Source: an uncultured Gammaproteobacteria bacterium
GTDB lineage: Bacteria > Pseudomonadota > Gammaproteobacteria > UBA9214
Assembly (NCBI GenBank): GCA_963773065.1
Contig: CAVYZN010000011.1
Coordinates: forward strand, 302,287-366,286
DNA length: 64,000 nt
Reading direction: 5' to 3'
The position numbers and the translations under genes were made by a program. The first letter of the stretch is position 1, and each line of letters begins with the position of its first letter. This document shows positions 32,901 through 44,070 of this stretch, piece after piece. The notes below the pieces were generated by a model, which searched no databases, had not been told where the DNA came from, and saw only the letters and a program-made list of their open reading frames with translations.

Positions 32901-35136
32901 GGTCAGGAACCTGCCAAGCTGCTGGACCGCGCGCTCCTGTGGCTGCACGAACAGGAGGTGATCCGGCTCAACAAGGGGCTGGCGGTTTTCCGGCCGGCGA
33001 TGACGATACGCCTGGGGCAGGACAAGCGCGGTTTCTTAAAAGCCGACTTCGAGCCGTTGAAAATCCATTACGACGAACAGGTGGTGCAGATCCACGTCAT
33101 GGCGGAGTACGTGCAGCGGGGCCTCAGTGCCATGGCCGATGCGCGTGCGCCTGGCGATGGACTACTTCAGCCTCGGCAGCGATGAGTTCATGAGCGCTGG
33201 CTGCCGGACCGCGGGAAGGAGCTGGACTCGGCAGACGACGCCCGATCGTGGCGCGCGATCGTCGAGAGCGCTCAACAACCCGGAACAGCAGCGCATCGTC
33301 ACCGATGACCGCGAGCAGACCAACGTGCTGGTGCTGGCCGGGCCGGGTTCCGGCAAGACCGCGTGTCTGGTGCACCGCATCGCGTATCTGGTACGGGTGA
33401 GGCGCGAGAACCCGCGCGGCGATTCTGGCGCTCGCCTACAACCGCCATGCGGCGGTGGAGATCCGTCAGCGCCTGCGCGGATCTGATCGGCGATGATGCG
33501 CGCGGCGTGGCGGTGCTCACGTGCCACGCGCTCGCGATGCGCTTGCCGGCGTGACTTTCGCCGGACGCGCCGAACAGCTGAACGGCGACGCGTTCGAGGC
33601 AGTGCTGCAACAAGCGGTGGCGCTTGTTGCAGGGCGCGGGTCTGCCGCCGGAAGAAGCGGACGAACAGCGCGAGCGGTTGCTCGCGGGCTTCCGCTGGAT
33701 TCTGGTGGACGAATACCAGGACATCGGTGCCGGAGCAGTACGAACTCATCTCGGCCCTGGCCGGACGCACGTTGAAGGATGAGGACGGCAGGCTCAGCCT
33801 GTTCGCGGTGGGTGACGACGATCAGAACATCTATGCGTTTGCCGGTGCTCGGTCGAGTACGTGCGCCGCTTCGAAACGGACTACGCGGCGGAGCCGGTCG
33901 TATCTGATCGAGAACTACCGCTCTACCGCGCACATCATTGCCGCCGCGAACGTGGTGATCAGCCCGGCGCACGAGCGCATGAAGGCCGACCATCCGATCA
34001 CGATCGACCGTGTGCGCATCGAAAGTCGCCGCGGGCGGCGATTGGGGGAGCATCGACCCGTCAGCAAGGGCCGTGTGCAGGTGCTGCCGGCCGGTCGGGA
34101 CCGATGACGCAGGCGGTGGCGGTAATGACGGAACTGCAACGTCTCTCCTCGCTCGGCCCGACTTGGGAATGGACCGGCAGCGCGGTGATCGCCCGGGAAT
34201 GGAAATACCTCGAGCCGGTGCAGGAGTTATTGCGAACTGAACGGCATTCCGGTGCAGATGGCCGATGAAGAGGCGCCGCGTATTTCTGGCGGCTGCGCGA
34301 AACGCAGGCCCTGGTCGAGTGGCTGCGCACGCAGCGGGATGAAGCTGGTGGACACCGGCTCGATCGAGCGGTGGCTCGGTCGGCAACGTCGGTCCATGGT
34401 GGGCATTGTTGCGCGAGGCGGTCAGACGAGTACGGGCTCGAGACCGGCCGGGGCCGAACTGCCGGCCGAGCCACTTCCTCGAATGGCTCGCCGAATGGGG
34501 ACGCGAGGTGCGCCGCCGGCAGACAGGACTGATGCTGCTCACCGCGCACCGGGCCAAAGGACTGGAGTTCGATCATGTGGCGGTGCTGGACGGCGGCTGG
34601 GACAGGGCGGGCCAGAACGAAGATCGCGGATGCGCCACGCCGGCTTTACTACGTGGCCATGACCCGGGCCAGAAAGACTCTGGCCTTGGCCCGATTCGAT
34701 GGGGGCATGCACTGCTGGATGCTGCCCGATGATGCGAGCGTGCTGCGGTGCGCCTCGCCCCTTCCGCTTCCTCCGCCGGAGCTGGCGCGCCACTACGGCG
34801 ACTCACGCTGCGGGACGTGGACCTCGGTTTCGCGGGGCGCCATGCCGCTAAAAACTCGGTGCATCGAGCAATCGCGGCACTGTCGCCAAACGATCACCTC
34901 CATCTGCATCATCGGCAGGAGCGATGGGAACTGCAAGATAACAAAGGCACAATGGTAGGACATTATCACGCATGCATTTACGCCGCCAACCAGGCATGCG
35001 CTGTGTCGCTGCCCGAGTCATGGCCATCATAGTCCGCCGACGTGATGACGCCGAGCCAGAGTATCAGAGCGCATGTCGTTGTGAACGGTGGGAGCTGGTG
35101 TTGCCGGAACTCATCCTCGAACCAAATAACCGCTGA
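29963..35136 (+). CDS. Fusion of about 1700 aa: putative 3'-5' exonuclease-like domain, RecQ (SF2) helicase and UvrD (SF1) helicase; many frameshifts
   Basis: SIDLEVG/GHNLIAFD; LPTGTGKSLCYQ, DEAHC, ATNAFGMGIDK, QEAGRAGRD; LAGPGSGKT, VDEYQD, VGDDDQNIY, ENYRS, TAHRAKGLEF, YVAMTRAR. Confidence 0.8.
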
Positions 35137-35382
35137 TCGGTTCGACTGGCATACGATGCGGAACAGGCCGGCAAACTCGCGGCGCTCAAAAAGAAATACA
35201 ACGCCCGTTTCATGATGGTGTTCGACGCTATCCGCGAACTCATGACACCGCCGGAGCCGAAGAAATAACGGCCTATTATTTGCGCCGAGGATGGCCCAGC
35301 CCGGAGGGTGTACCCGCTGGTGGGTAATTGAGGTACCCTGACCATGTGAATCACTTCATGTCATGGACTGCCGGAGGTTGCC

Positions 35383-35639
35383 ATGAAGATGATCAAAAAT
35401 GAAAAGGAGCTGGTCAAGGTGGCAATCATCGCGGGGGTGAAGTATGCCGAGGAGCGGGGCGTCGCGATTTTCGAGCCGACGGATTCGGCGAGCGAAAAGA
35501 TTTTGTACATCTACCGGCTACTGGTGCACGACAAGAAAATACAAGCCTTGCCCGAGAACAGGTCTCCCAGCAAAGCATGCGGCATAAACTCGCCCTCTGG
35601 TACGCCAAGCAACTGCCGAAAGGCCATCCGCTTTTGTGA
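35383..35639 (+). CDS. Small conserved protein (DUF5062-like), frameshifted
   Basis: KNEKELVK..YIYRLLVHDKKIQALP..HKLALW. Confidence 0.6.
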
Positions 35640-35701
35640 GCGTCGAGAGGACCGTTCGACAGCGACCACGTTACCCGCTACGACCCATTTCAGGTGCGAT
35701 C

Positions 35702-35971
35702 ATGAAAATACTGGTGCGCAATTTGTCCCGGGAAACGACGGAAGCGGAGCTGCTGGCCCTGTTCAGGGCGTATGGCGATGTGCAGTACTGCAAGCTGGTG
35801 ATGGATAGATCGACAGGGAAATCCAAAGGCTTTGGTTTCGTCGAGATGCCCCGTGCGGGCGAGGCCAGGGTGGCCATCAAGGGGCTCAATGCCCGGGATG
35901 TCGACGGCAGTAAAATCCGCGTAGAAGAAGGCGGAAGAGCGCGGGATGGGTGTTGCGGGAAAGAGCCCTGA
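35702..35971 (+). CDS. RRM RNA-binding protein
   Basis: MKILVRNL (RNP2), KGFGFVEM (RNP1). Confidence 0.9.
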   Translation: MKILVRNLSRETTEAELLALFRAYGDVQYCKLVMDRSTGKSKGFGFVEMPRAGEARVAIKGLNARDVDGSKIRVEEGGRARDGCCGKEP

Positions 35972-36012
35972 CACCTGATCACCGAAACCACAATCCAGTG
36001 AGGAACTGACCA

Positions 36013-36802
36013 ATGGCAAACATCAACGACCTACTTGGCGCATTCTTGCAAAACGCGGCTGCCCCCTCCGGCCAGAACCGGATGGGCAACATCCTCGATG
36101 GCCTGCAAAGAACGGGGCTCGGCGGCACCGGTGTCCCGGGGGCCGCGGGCGGCGCGGCGGGCGGGCTACTCGGCGGCGTTCTGGATGCCATGCAGAAGGG
36201 CCTCGCCGGCGCCGCCGGAATCCCGCCCAGGCAGGGGGGATAGGGGCGATCCTCGGGGGGGCTGCTCGGCGGCGGCAGCAGCTCCGTCAAGGGCGCGCTG
36301 GGCGGCGGGGCACTGGCCATGCTGGCGAGCGTCGCCATGAAGGCCCTCACGGGAGCGGGACAAACGCCCCAGGGCAGCGGCGGGTCTGCCTGGTCCGGCG
36401 GCGGCCGACCGCTCGGCTCAAGGTCCCGGAGACACCCGCGGAGGAGCAGGCGCTCGCCAACAAAGCGGAGCTGGTCTTGAAGGGCATGATCAATGCCGCC
36501 AAGGCGGACGGCCAGATCCAGCGGGAGGGGCAGCGGATCACCGGCAAGCTGCAGCAGGCCGGGATCGACCAGAGCGGCCAGCAATGGGTCTTGAACGAGA
36601 TGTATCGCCCCTCGATCGGAGGCCCTCTGTCGCCGAGATCCGGAGCCCCGAGGCGGCGGCGGAGGTCTACGCCGCGTCATTGCTCGCCATCGAGGTGGAT
36701 ACGGACGCGGAGCGCAGCTACCTGCGCCAGCTTGCGCAGCGCACCGGCCTGCAACCCGCGGTGGTGCAGCAGATCCATCAGGCGATGGGGGTGGCGGTCT
36801 GA
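36013..36802 (+). CDS. DUF533 (TerB-like) protein, frameshifted
   Basis: Gly-rich N-terminus, MINAAKADGQI, EVYAASLLAIEVDT..YLRQLA. Confidence 0.75.
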
Positions 36803-36824
36803 TTGTCGCACCATCGAGGCAGCC

Positions 36825-37010
36825 ATGAAGTACTACATCTGGCTGGATACCGATGACCGGCCGCTCTCCAGGGCTTGGCGCTATGAGGACGAAACGGAAC
36901 GCATGGCCGCGGAGCGGCAACCGCCGTCCGCCACCGCCATACTGCGCGCGGGCACCCGGGAACAGCTCACCCAGCGCTACGGTCTGGGTGACGAGGATTT
37001 CGCCGACTGA
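36825..37010 (+). CDS. Small hypothetical protein
   Basis: gagg RBS plus MKYYIWLD..., 61 aa. Confidence 0.4.
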   Translation: MKYYIWLDTDDRPLSRAWRYEDETERMAAERQPPSATAILRAGTREQLTQRYGLGDEDFAD

Positions 37011-37066
37011 AGCGGGCGCAGGGACAGTCTGTCGTGATTGTATTCCTCGACGGCATTACCGCAACC

Positions 37067-37587
37067 TCATTCCGGCTGCCCCGGCGAGGGCTGCCGTTCG
37101 TCGCGCAGGTGCGTGGCGCCGGTGACGAGCCATTCGTCCGCTTCTTTCCGCAGCCTGACGGCAACGGAGTGTATTTCCAGGAAGCGGTCCTGTTCACCCT
37201 TGAACTGTCCCAGGCCGCTGCCCTGCAGTACGACCTCTGCCGTGTCGTCTTCGATGCGCACCCGCGCGTCCTGCAGGTCGAGTTCCAGCGAGGCAAGTCG
37301 CGCGCGTCCACGGACGATCCGCCGCACCAGCTCGTCCCGGCCGGCGATTTCGATGCTGCCTAGCCGGCATTGGTGAGATCGAAAACCGTCTGTTCACTGA
37401 AGAACTGCCCGATCCGTCTTGCCTTTGCGAGCGGTTCGATGCCGGTTTCCGGGTAAGTGATTTCCGTCAGCGCGCGCAGTTGTTCGAGCCGTTGCAGGAT
37501 TTTCTCCTCCTCATCCGTATGCAGGAAGAACAGCACGGCCAGCACGATCAGGACCCCCAGAGCGGTCAGGGTGTAGCGATTCAGCAT
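37067..37587 (-). CDS. Hypothetical membrane-anchored protein (frameshift near 37360)
   Basis: Two adjacent minus-strand ORFs with an N-terminal TM segment. Confidence 0.45.
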
Positions 37588-37824
37588 GGCTGTATGGTTA
37601 CCCGCACTACCACGTTACAACCGATACGCCGGAGCGGCTCGACTATGCCGGCCTGGCACGGGTGACCGGCGGACTGGCGGATGTCATCGCGGCACTCGCT
37701 ACGCGGCAGGGATGTGCCTGGCCTTTCGTTCAACACAGGCGCCAGTAATCAATGCGATCGGTGACGAATGGCGCTTATGGAACGGCCCCCGTCCCTAAAC
37801 CGCCAGAGACCGTGCGTAGCGAGT

Positions 37825-38622
37825 CTATTCGGTTGCGCCACCCTGCGGTTCGGCGTAAGGCACACTCCGGGGCTGCATCATGGTAGGCCTTCCCTGGTCT
37901 ATCGTGGCCTTGCGCTGATCATCCGTCAGGAGTTCCTCGGCGCGGTTGGCGACATCCCTTGTCGCCTGCATCATCTGGCCTTTGAGGTCGGACAGCGTCT
38001 TGCCCAGGCGCATTTGCTCCTCCCGCAGCTTTCGCATCTTCTCGTTTTCCGCACGAATCTTGCCCATGATTTCCTGCACGCTCGTGTTGAGTTCCTTTCT
38101 GAGGGCGTCGAACTTGCCGCGCTGTTCGTCGGTCAGATCGATTGCCCCGATGGCGTTAAACTTGGCCATGGGGTAACCGCCCCTGGGACCACCCATCATC
38201 CCATGATGTTGACCGCCCGGGTGCATCCCGTAACCGGGGGCTCCGAATCCCGGCCCCATGGGTTGTCCGCCACCCTCGGAAGGCGTGCCCATCCCTTGCC
38301 CCGGGACCCATTCCCGGTCCCATGCCCTGGCCGCAGGGTCCCATTCCCGGTCCAGCCCATGCCCTGGCCGCCGGGCCCCATTCCGGGTCCCATCCCAGGC
38401 TCCCGGGCCCCATGCCGGGTCCCATCCCAGGCCCGGGCCCATGCCATAGGCGCCGGGCGTTGTTCGGGTGCGGATTCTGCGACGAGTTGCAAGGGATGAG
38501 CCTGTCCGATCCCCGTAGAGGTTTGCTGCTTCGGCAGCGGCGATTGCCAGTGACATCATGCCGCCCAGGAGAAAAGCCTGGCATCCCGCCAGCATCAAGG
38601 CTGGTACTCGTTTAGTGGCCAT
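37825..38622 (-). CDS. Spy/CpxP-like periplasmic protein with Gly-Met-Gly-Pro repeats
   Basis: Signal peptide, GMGPG-type repeats (partly out of frame), DLTDEQR and LLTDDQRK (LTxxQ motifs). Confidence 0.7.
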   Translation of the reverse strand: MATKRVPALMLAGCQAFLLGGMMSLAIAAAEAANLYGDRTGSSLATRRRIRTRTTPGAYGMGPGLGWDPAWGPGAWDGTRNGARRPGHGLDREWDPAARAWDREWVPGQGMGTPSEGGGQPMGPGFGAPGYGMHPGGQHHGMMGGPRGGYPMAKFNAIGAIDLTDEQRGKFDALRKELNTSVQEIMGKIRAENEKMRKLREEQMRLGKTLSDLKGQMMQATRDVANRAEELLTDDQRKATIDQGRPTMMQPRSVPYAEPQGGATE

Positions 38623-38809
38623 AATCACTCCTCCAAAATTATTAAAAAACGGTGATGAAACACTAATAGTGTAGTCAATTGATTTTCGTGTCACCCGTCT
38701 CACTCGATGCGTTCATTACTGGCCGCTTTGATGAGGGGTGGCGTGGAGGAACTGCCATGCCGGAATTCGCCGGATGTGACGATAGAGAAACCTGGTCCCC
38801 GGGTGAGGG

Positions 38810-39097
38810 TTACATCCCCCAGAAGCCAGGGGGTACCGCCTCGCAGTCGGTGCCGCTGCCACAGCCGGGTTGCTGCAGGGCGTCCAGGTGTTCGGCAGCC
38901 TGTTCCAGCTCGAACTCGGCGCTGATGCACTCCAGTTCCTTGCCTGTCACCCCGCAGGACACCTGCTCCTTTTTTGATGCCTGCAGCATCCTGCTCGTGT
39001 AATCGTCGTTCTGGTCGGTCAGTACGATATCGCCGGCTTCGGCGGCAATCCCCGAGACCAGCATCACCAGAACCGGCAGCATTCTCGCAATCTTCAT
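38810..39097 (-). CDS. Small secreted Cys-containing hypothetical protein
   Basis: Signal peptide; four cysteines. Confidence 0.45.
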   Translation of the reverse strand: MKIARMLPVLVMLVSGIAAEAGDIVLTDQNDDYTSRMLQASKKEQVSCGVTGKELECISAEFELEQAAEHLDALQQPGCGSGTDCEAVPPGFWGM

Positions 39098-39472
39098 AGG
39101 TGGATCCTCCTATGCGCTAGCCGATATGGCGGCAGATCACGAGAAAACAGTAGGTTAAGACGAGGCAGGATCAGGCAAGCGCGAGGTCGGCGATGACCGC
39201 CGCCGGGTGCGCAACCGGCAAGGATTGTGCGTTCCGCATCCGGTGCCCGGTGGCCTGCCGGGCGCGCCGATTGGCGCTGCTGACCGGCGGGTCGGCGTCG
39301 TCGGTGACGTGGTGCAATTGACGGCCTGATCGTCTGGCGAACGGCCGGGCGTGTTCGCCGGCGGTGCGAGAATGATTTGCAATGGCGCCGCCGGTTGTGG
39401 AGTATCGCCCCGGTGAGCCGGTCTTGCCGCGATCCTGCGCGGCCGGCAGCCGGAGAGTAGCGGAGATATCTC

Positions 39473-40180
39473 ATGAACACAGGCAGACTCATCGTGATAA
39501 CAGTATTGCTGCCGGGCGCGGCGGGGTGCGCGGCGCTCAGACCCTCAACCGACGAGGCAAGCGCGCTACACCCTCCTTGCCCGGCGCCTCTGGCGGACGG
39601 GACCGGCTGGTGGTATGCGCGTTTTTCCATCGAGCGACCGGCCGGCGAGCCACCGCGCTGGTACATCGATACACTGCTCGGTGGCGAGGTTATCGCCCCG
39701 GTCTTTGACCGGCATTTCCAGGATATCCTCATCGGCGCATACACCGGCGCGCCGGGGACGATGAGTACGGTCACGTGTTCAGCTTTATCTTCTACAGCAC
39801 CGCCGCGGGCGCACAGCGCATCTATGCCGATCTGGAAAAGAATCCCGTGCTGCACAGGCTGAGGCAGGAGGGCAGGGTGACCAAAGTCAGTTTCGATGAT
39901 CTCGCCACGATTACGCGACCCCGCATCGAGGACACCAGCGACCGGCGCTGGACACTGTCCGTGCAGCGGACATGGCCGGCGCTCGCCATGGGAGCGAGCC
40001 GCATGTGGCTGGACCTGGTGGGCGAAGTCGCGGACAAATACGCAGACGAGCAAGACCTGGAGCAGCGCTATATGAAGGACAGCAGGAAATCAATACCATC
40101 TGGGAGCAGCAGGGCCAGCACGCCGTCCTGCATCATCTGAGCGCAATTTTTGCTATCAGCCGCTGCTGATTACCTATTGA
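39473..40180 (+). CDS. Hypothetical lipoprotein (frameshifts; end approximate)
   Basis: AAGC lipobox-like site; continuous coding across ORFs 39473, 39775 and 39972. Confidence 0.5.
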
Positions 40181-40212
40181 TTTCCAGGCGGCAGGGGAAA
40201 ACTCGTATAGGC

Positions 40213-40397
40213 GAATGGCACTTGTTTAATCTGAAATGTAGGGTGGGTTAGCGTTTTTTGCCTAACCCGCCAGGCGTTGCGCAGCAACACAACACATTTT
40301 TTAATGTGTGCCTGGCGGCACAGCCGGTGGGTTACGGCACCAACGGCGTGCCTAACCCACCCTACATCGATGATGGAACGTTAAGTAAGTGCCATTG
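40213..40397. mobile_element. 185-bp non-autonomous element with IS4-type ends enclosing GTAG-type REP palindromes
   Basis: Ends gaatggcacttgtttaa / ttaagtaagtgccattg match the IS4 IR at 18337; flanked by tcgtataggc / ccgtataggc; internal gtagggtgggttag...ctaacccaccctac. Confidence 0.85.
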
Positions 40398-40475
40398 CCG
40401 TATAGGCAATGGCTCGATAGCATGACGTTGCCGCTATACTTCACGTTATGCCGCACTACCTTTCGAGTACAGACT

Positions 40476-40751
40476 ATGAAAGCCACCGCCGAATTGCAGG
40501 TCGTCCCGATCGGTCGGGTGTCTCCGTGCGGAAGGAAATCCGCCGGGTCGTCGAACTGCTGCATGACCATGACTTCATCCTCGAGACCCATGCCTCGGGA
40601 CCAATGTCGAGGGGGAACTGAGGGGCATACTCGCCGCCGTCGAGCGGATCCACGAGGTGTTACACGCCGAGGGCAGCGTACGTCTGGTCAGTTTGCTGAA
40701 CCTGGAAACCCGCACCGACAAGACGCCGACGCTGGCCGGGAACGCCTGTAA
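40476..40751 (+). CDS. MTH1187/YkoF-family thiamine-binding protein (frameshifts)
   Basis: MKATAELQVVPIG, ETHASGTNVEG, ETRTDK. Confidence 0.7.
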   Translation: MKATAELQVVPIGRVSPCGRKSAGSSNCCMTMTSSSRPMPRDQCRGGTEGHTRRRRADPRGVTRRGQRTSGQFAEPGNPHRQDADAGRERL

Positions 40752-41221
40752 TCTGTAAACGGGGAAGCATCGGGAGAGAAGGGTTTTCCTTGTTCCTGTC
40801 CTCCGTCTGACTCCGCGCGCCGGATTAGGCGGCCTTGGTGAAGGTGTAATCGCTTCCGTTGCGTTTGGCCTTTATCCGGGTGCGTTCGAACAGGATTTCC
40901 TCCCCATTGGCAATATTGCGGGGTTCGCCGCCGACGGCAATAAAGCCTTCACGGGTTACGCCACAATGGACGATGCCGAGCTTGTCATGGTTTCTCGGGT
41001 CAAGGTAAGGGATGCTTCCGCCATGATGTCTATCCTCCTCGTGTCCGCAATCAACACGAACAGCGGCGCCTGGCCTGTATATCAGGAGTGTGGTGTCAAT
41101 GACGTATAATTCAATAGCGGGGATTGCGGGGTAATTATTGGACCCCGAACATAGGGTTTTCGAATCCGAATGGATCAGCCAGGACGTTAAGTCGGGATCA
41201 GGTCTCGGAGAGATACACCTG

Positions 41222-41977
41222 GATGAAGAAAGCGGTGTATCAGATGGTACCAATGGTGCTCATGCCCTGCGCGGCTCCGATCGTTCTGTGTCCTGCTATA
41301 TTCAACCGCCGTACGTACCGCCGGTATGGGGCCGGTACGATGCGATCAACAAGCTGGATACCATAAAACCTGGCATAACCACCAAGGAGGAGGTCCTGAA
41401 GCGAGTGGGAAAACCGGATGGAGCTAGAAAAGCTCAGGAAAGCTCTTTGAGTATTCTGGCTGGACGGACGTGACGCTCATCTTCATACCGCTGAACACCG
41501 ATGCTCAGGGTATTGTCGCGCTGGGAGGGCGCGATACTCTACGATGCAACGAATCGCAGAGTGCTCAAGCCACCTTTTAACCCTGCCCACCCTGGAGGAC
41601 ATCCCTGGACGGTGATTGTCCGTTTCGATGAGAACGATGTCGTCATCAGCGTATCCGCGCAAGAGGAAGCCATTACACAAGGTGTAGTCAAGGAAGCCGG
41701 CGCCTATTGCCCGAATGCCGATCTGGGTCATGCCGATGCGCAGTTACACATTGGGGACATTTATAACAGTGGCATTGAGGCCAACCAGTTGATCCCGTTC
41801 GCGCCTGGGTCAGGTACAGCCTGGCGGCGAAAGGCGGCGAGATGCAGGCGGCGGAAAAACTGGCACAGGTCACGGCGGTGCTCAGCCCTGAACAACTGGC
41901 GGAGGCGCAACGGCAACTGGCGGCATGGCAGCCCGGTCACTGCCTGCAGAGATTATTCAGGATCATCGAGCCAATGA
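41222..41977 (+). CDS. Hypothetical exported protein with BamE-like and Sel1-like segments (frameshifts)
   Basis: IKPGITTKEEVLKRVGKP; GHADAQLHIGDIY; LSPEQLAEAQR. Confidence 0.45.
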
Positions 41978-42019
41978 AAACGACGTTCAGCGCTGGCCAC
42001 CGCGGCTTCAAGCAAACCG

Positions 42020-42900
42020 GTGATCTCCGCCCGCGGTCTCACGAAACGGTTCGCTGAGCAACGGGCCGTCGACGGCATCTCGTTTGATATCTATCCGGGC
42101 CGGTGTTTCGGTTTTGTCGGGCCTAACGGGGCGGGCAAGACCACGACGCTGCGCATGACGATGGGACTCACACCGCCAAGCGGCGGGACGCTCTCGGTGT
42201 TCGGCCTGCCGGTCGCCCGCAACGCCCCGGCGATACGCGCCCGCGTGGGCATCGTTCCACGGCTGATAATCTCGATCCCGACTTCACGGTCGAGGAGAAT
42301 CTGGACATCTATGCGACCTACTTCGGCCTGGCGCGCGGGCAGGTCGCCGCGCGCATCGAAGGCTTGCTGGAATTCGTCTCGCTGACCGACCGGCGCACGG
42401 CAAAGACCGATACCCTCTCCGGCGGCATGCGGCGGCGCCTGACCATCGCGCGCGCCCTGATCAATGACCCGGAGCTCGCGGCGCTGGACGAACCGACCAC
42501 CGGACTGGACCCGCAGGCGCGCCACTTGATCTGGGGCCGATTGAGCGAACTCAAGGCGCGCGGCAAGACCCTGCTGCTGACCACGCACTACATGGAGGAG
42601 GCCGAGCGCCTGTGCGATGAACTGGTCATCATGGATCAGGGCCGCATCCTCGCACAGGGTTCGCCGCAACAGCTCATCGAGCGGCACGTGGAGAGGGAAG
42701 TCATCGAGGTGCGGGGTGAGAGAGGGCGATGTGTTCCTGCAACTGGCCGAAAAGTCCGGGTGCCGCATGGAACGCATGGGGCTCCAGCATTTACTGCTAC
42801 TCGCAACAGTTCGCGCCGCTGATCGAGACGCTCAAGCTCCGCCATGATCTCAAGTACGTCCATCGCCCGACGGGCCTGGAAGACGGTTTCTGCGGCTGAC
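42020..42900 (+). CDS. ABC transporter ATP-binding protein, NodI-like (frameshifts)
   Basis: [45 protein letters not shown]. Confidence 0.85.
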
Positions 42901-42920
42901 GGGACGGGAGCTGCGCGACT

Positions 42921-43696
42921 ATGAGTTATTGGCGACCACCCCGCTGCGTCCTCGGCGCGCTCGCCGGTGCGGCACAACATCCTCGTATGGCGCAAGCTGC
43001 TGGTGCCGGCCATCCTGATGAATTTCGGCGAGCCGCTGATCTACCTGCTGGGACTGGGATTCGGCCTGGGGCGTTCGTCGGCGAGATGTCCGGCATGTCC
43101 TACCTCGCCTTCCTGTCATCCGGCATCATCGCCTCGTCGGCCATGACCACCGCCAGCTTCGAAGGGATGTATTCGGTGTTTACCCGCATGGTGCCGCAAA
43201 AAACCTATGAAGCCATCCTCGCGACACCGCTCGAAATCGACGATATCCTCGCCGGTGAAATGCTCTGGTGTGCCACCAAGAGCCTGTTCAGCGGCATGGC
43301 CATCCTCGCCGTCGCCGCGGTGCTGGGTGTCGTCGAAAGCTGGCAGGCGTTGTGGGTGATCCCGGTCGTGTTCCTGATCGGGCTGTGTTTCGCGGGTCTC
43401 GCCCTGATCATGAGTTCACTCGCCTACAACTACGACTTTTTCAATTACTACTTCGTGCTGATCGTTACGCCGATGTACATCCTGTGCGGCGTGTTCTATC
43501 CCATAGAGTCCCTGCCCGCCGCCATGCAGGGCCCGTTCAGGTGCTGCCGCTGACCCATGCCGTGATGCTGACCCGCTCCCTGGTCGCCGGCGCGGAACTG
43601 ACCCAGCCACTGTTGCACATTGCGGTGCTCCTGCTCTACGCGATCGTAAGCTACTCGATCGCCGTCGTGCTGGTGAGGAAGAGACTGCAGGTGTAG
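42921..43696 (+). CDS. ABC-2 permease, NodJ-like (frameshifts)
   Basis: NFGEPLIYL, ASFEGMYSVFTRM, GVFYP, LPLTHAV. Confidence 0.85.
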
Positions 43697-44070
43697 GTGT
43701 CGATTCATACGCTCGGACCCGGTAGAGGCGTCAACCAGGATGTAGCCAGACCATATAGGGGTTGAGCGGGAGCGACAACATCGCCGGGAGCGATGTTGGA
43801 CAGCCGCAGGCTGGCCCGTAGGGCGGAGTCTATGGATGGGCTCCACAAACCCGGGTTTCACTGCGTTCAACCCAGGCTACCCCCTGCCGCTGTCCAGGGA
43901 GGAATACGGGCTATCAAGGCTGTTGTTTCACCTCACCGCGCTGATTTCGACTATTTTCAGCCGCTGGCGCCTGTTTCCCGTCGCTGCCCCCTGTTCATTC
44001 CCATGAAAGTACTCTAGAATAGCGGCACAACAGGCTGAGTCAGAAAGCTATTTCGTAAGGGAGGCGGGGT

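Noticed and set aside
38260-38450. Short tandem repeats (cccattcccggtcc / cccatgcc) as a CRISPR or regulatory array
   Set aside because: They encode Gly-Met-Gly-Pro low-complexity repeats of a Spy/CpxP-like protein and have no unique spacers
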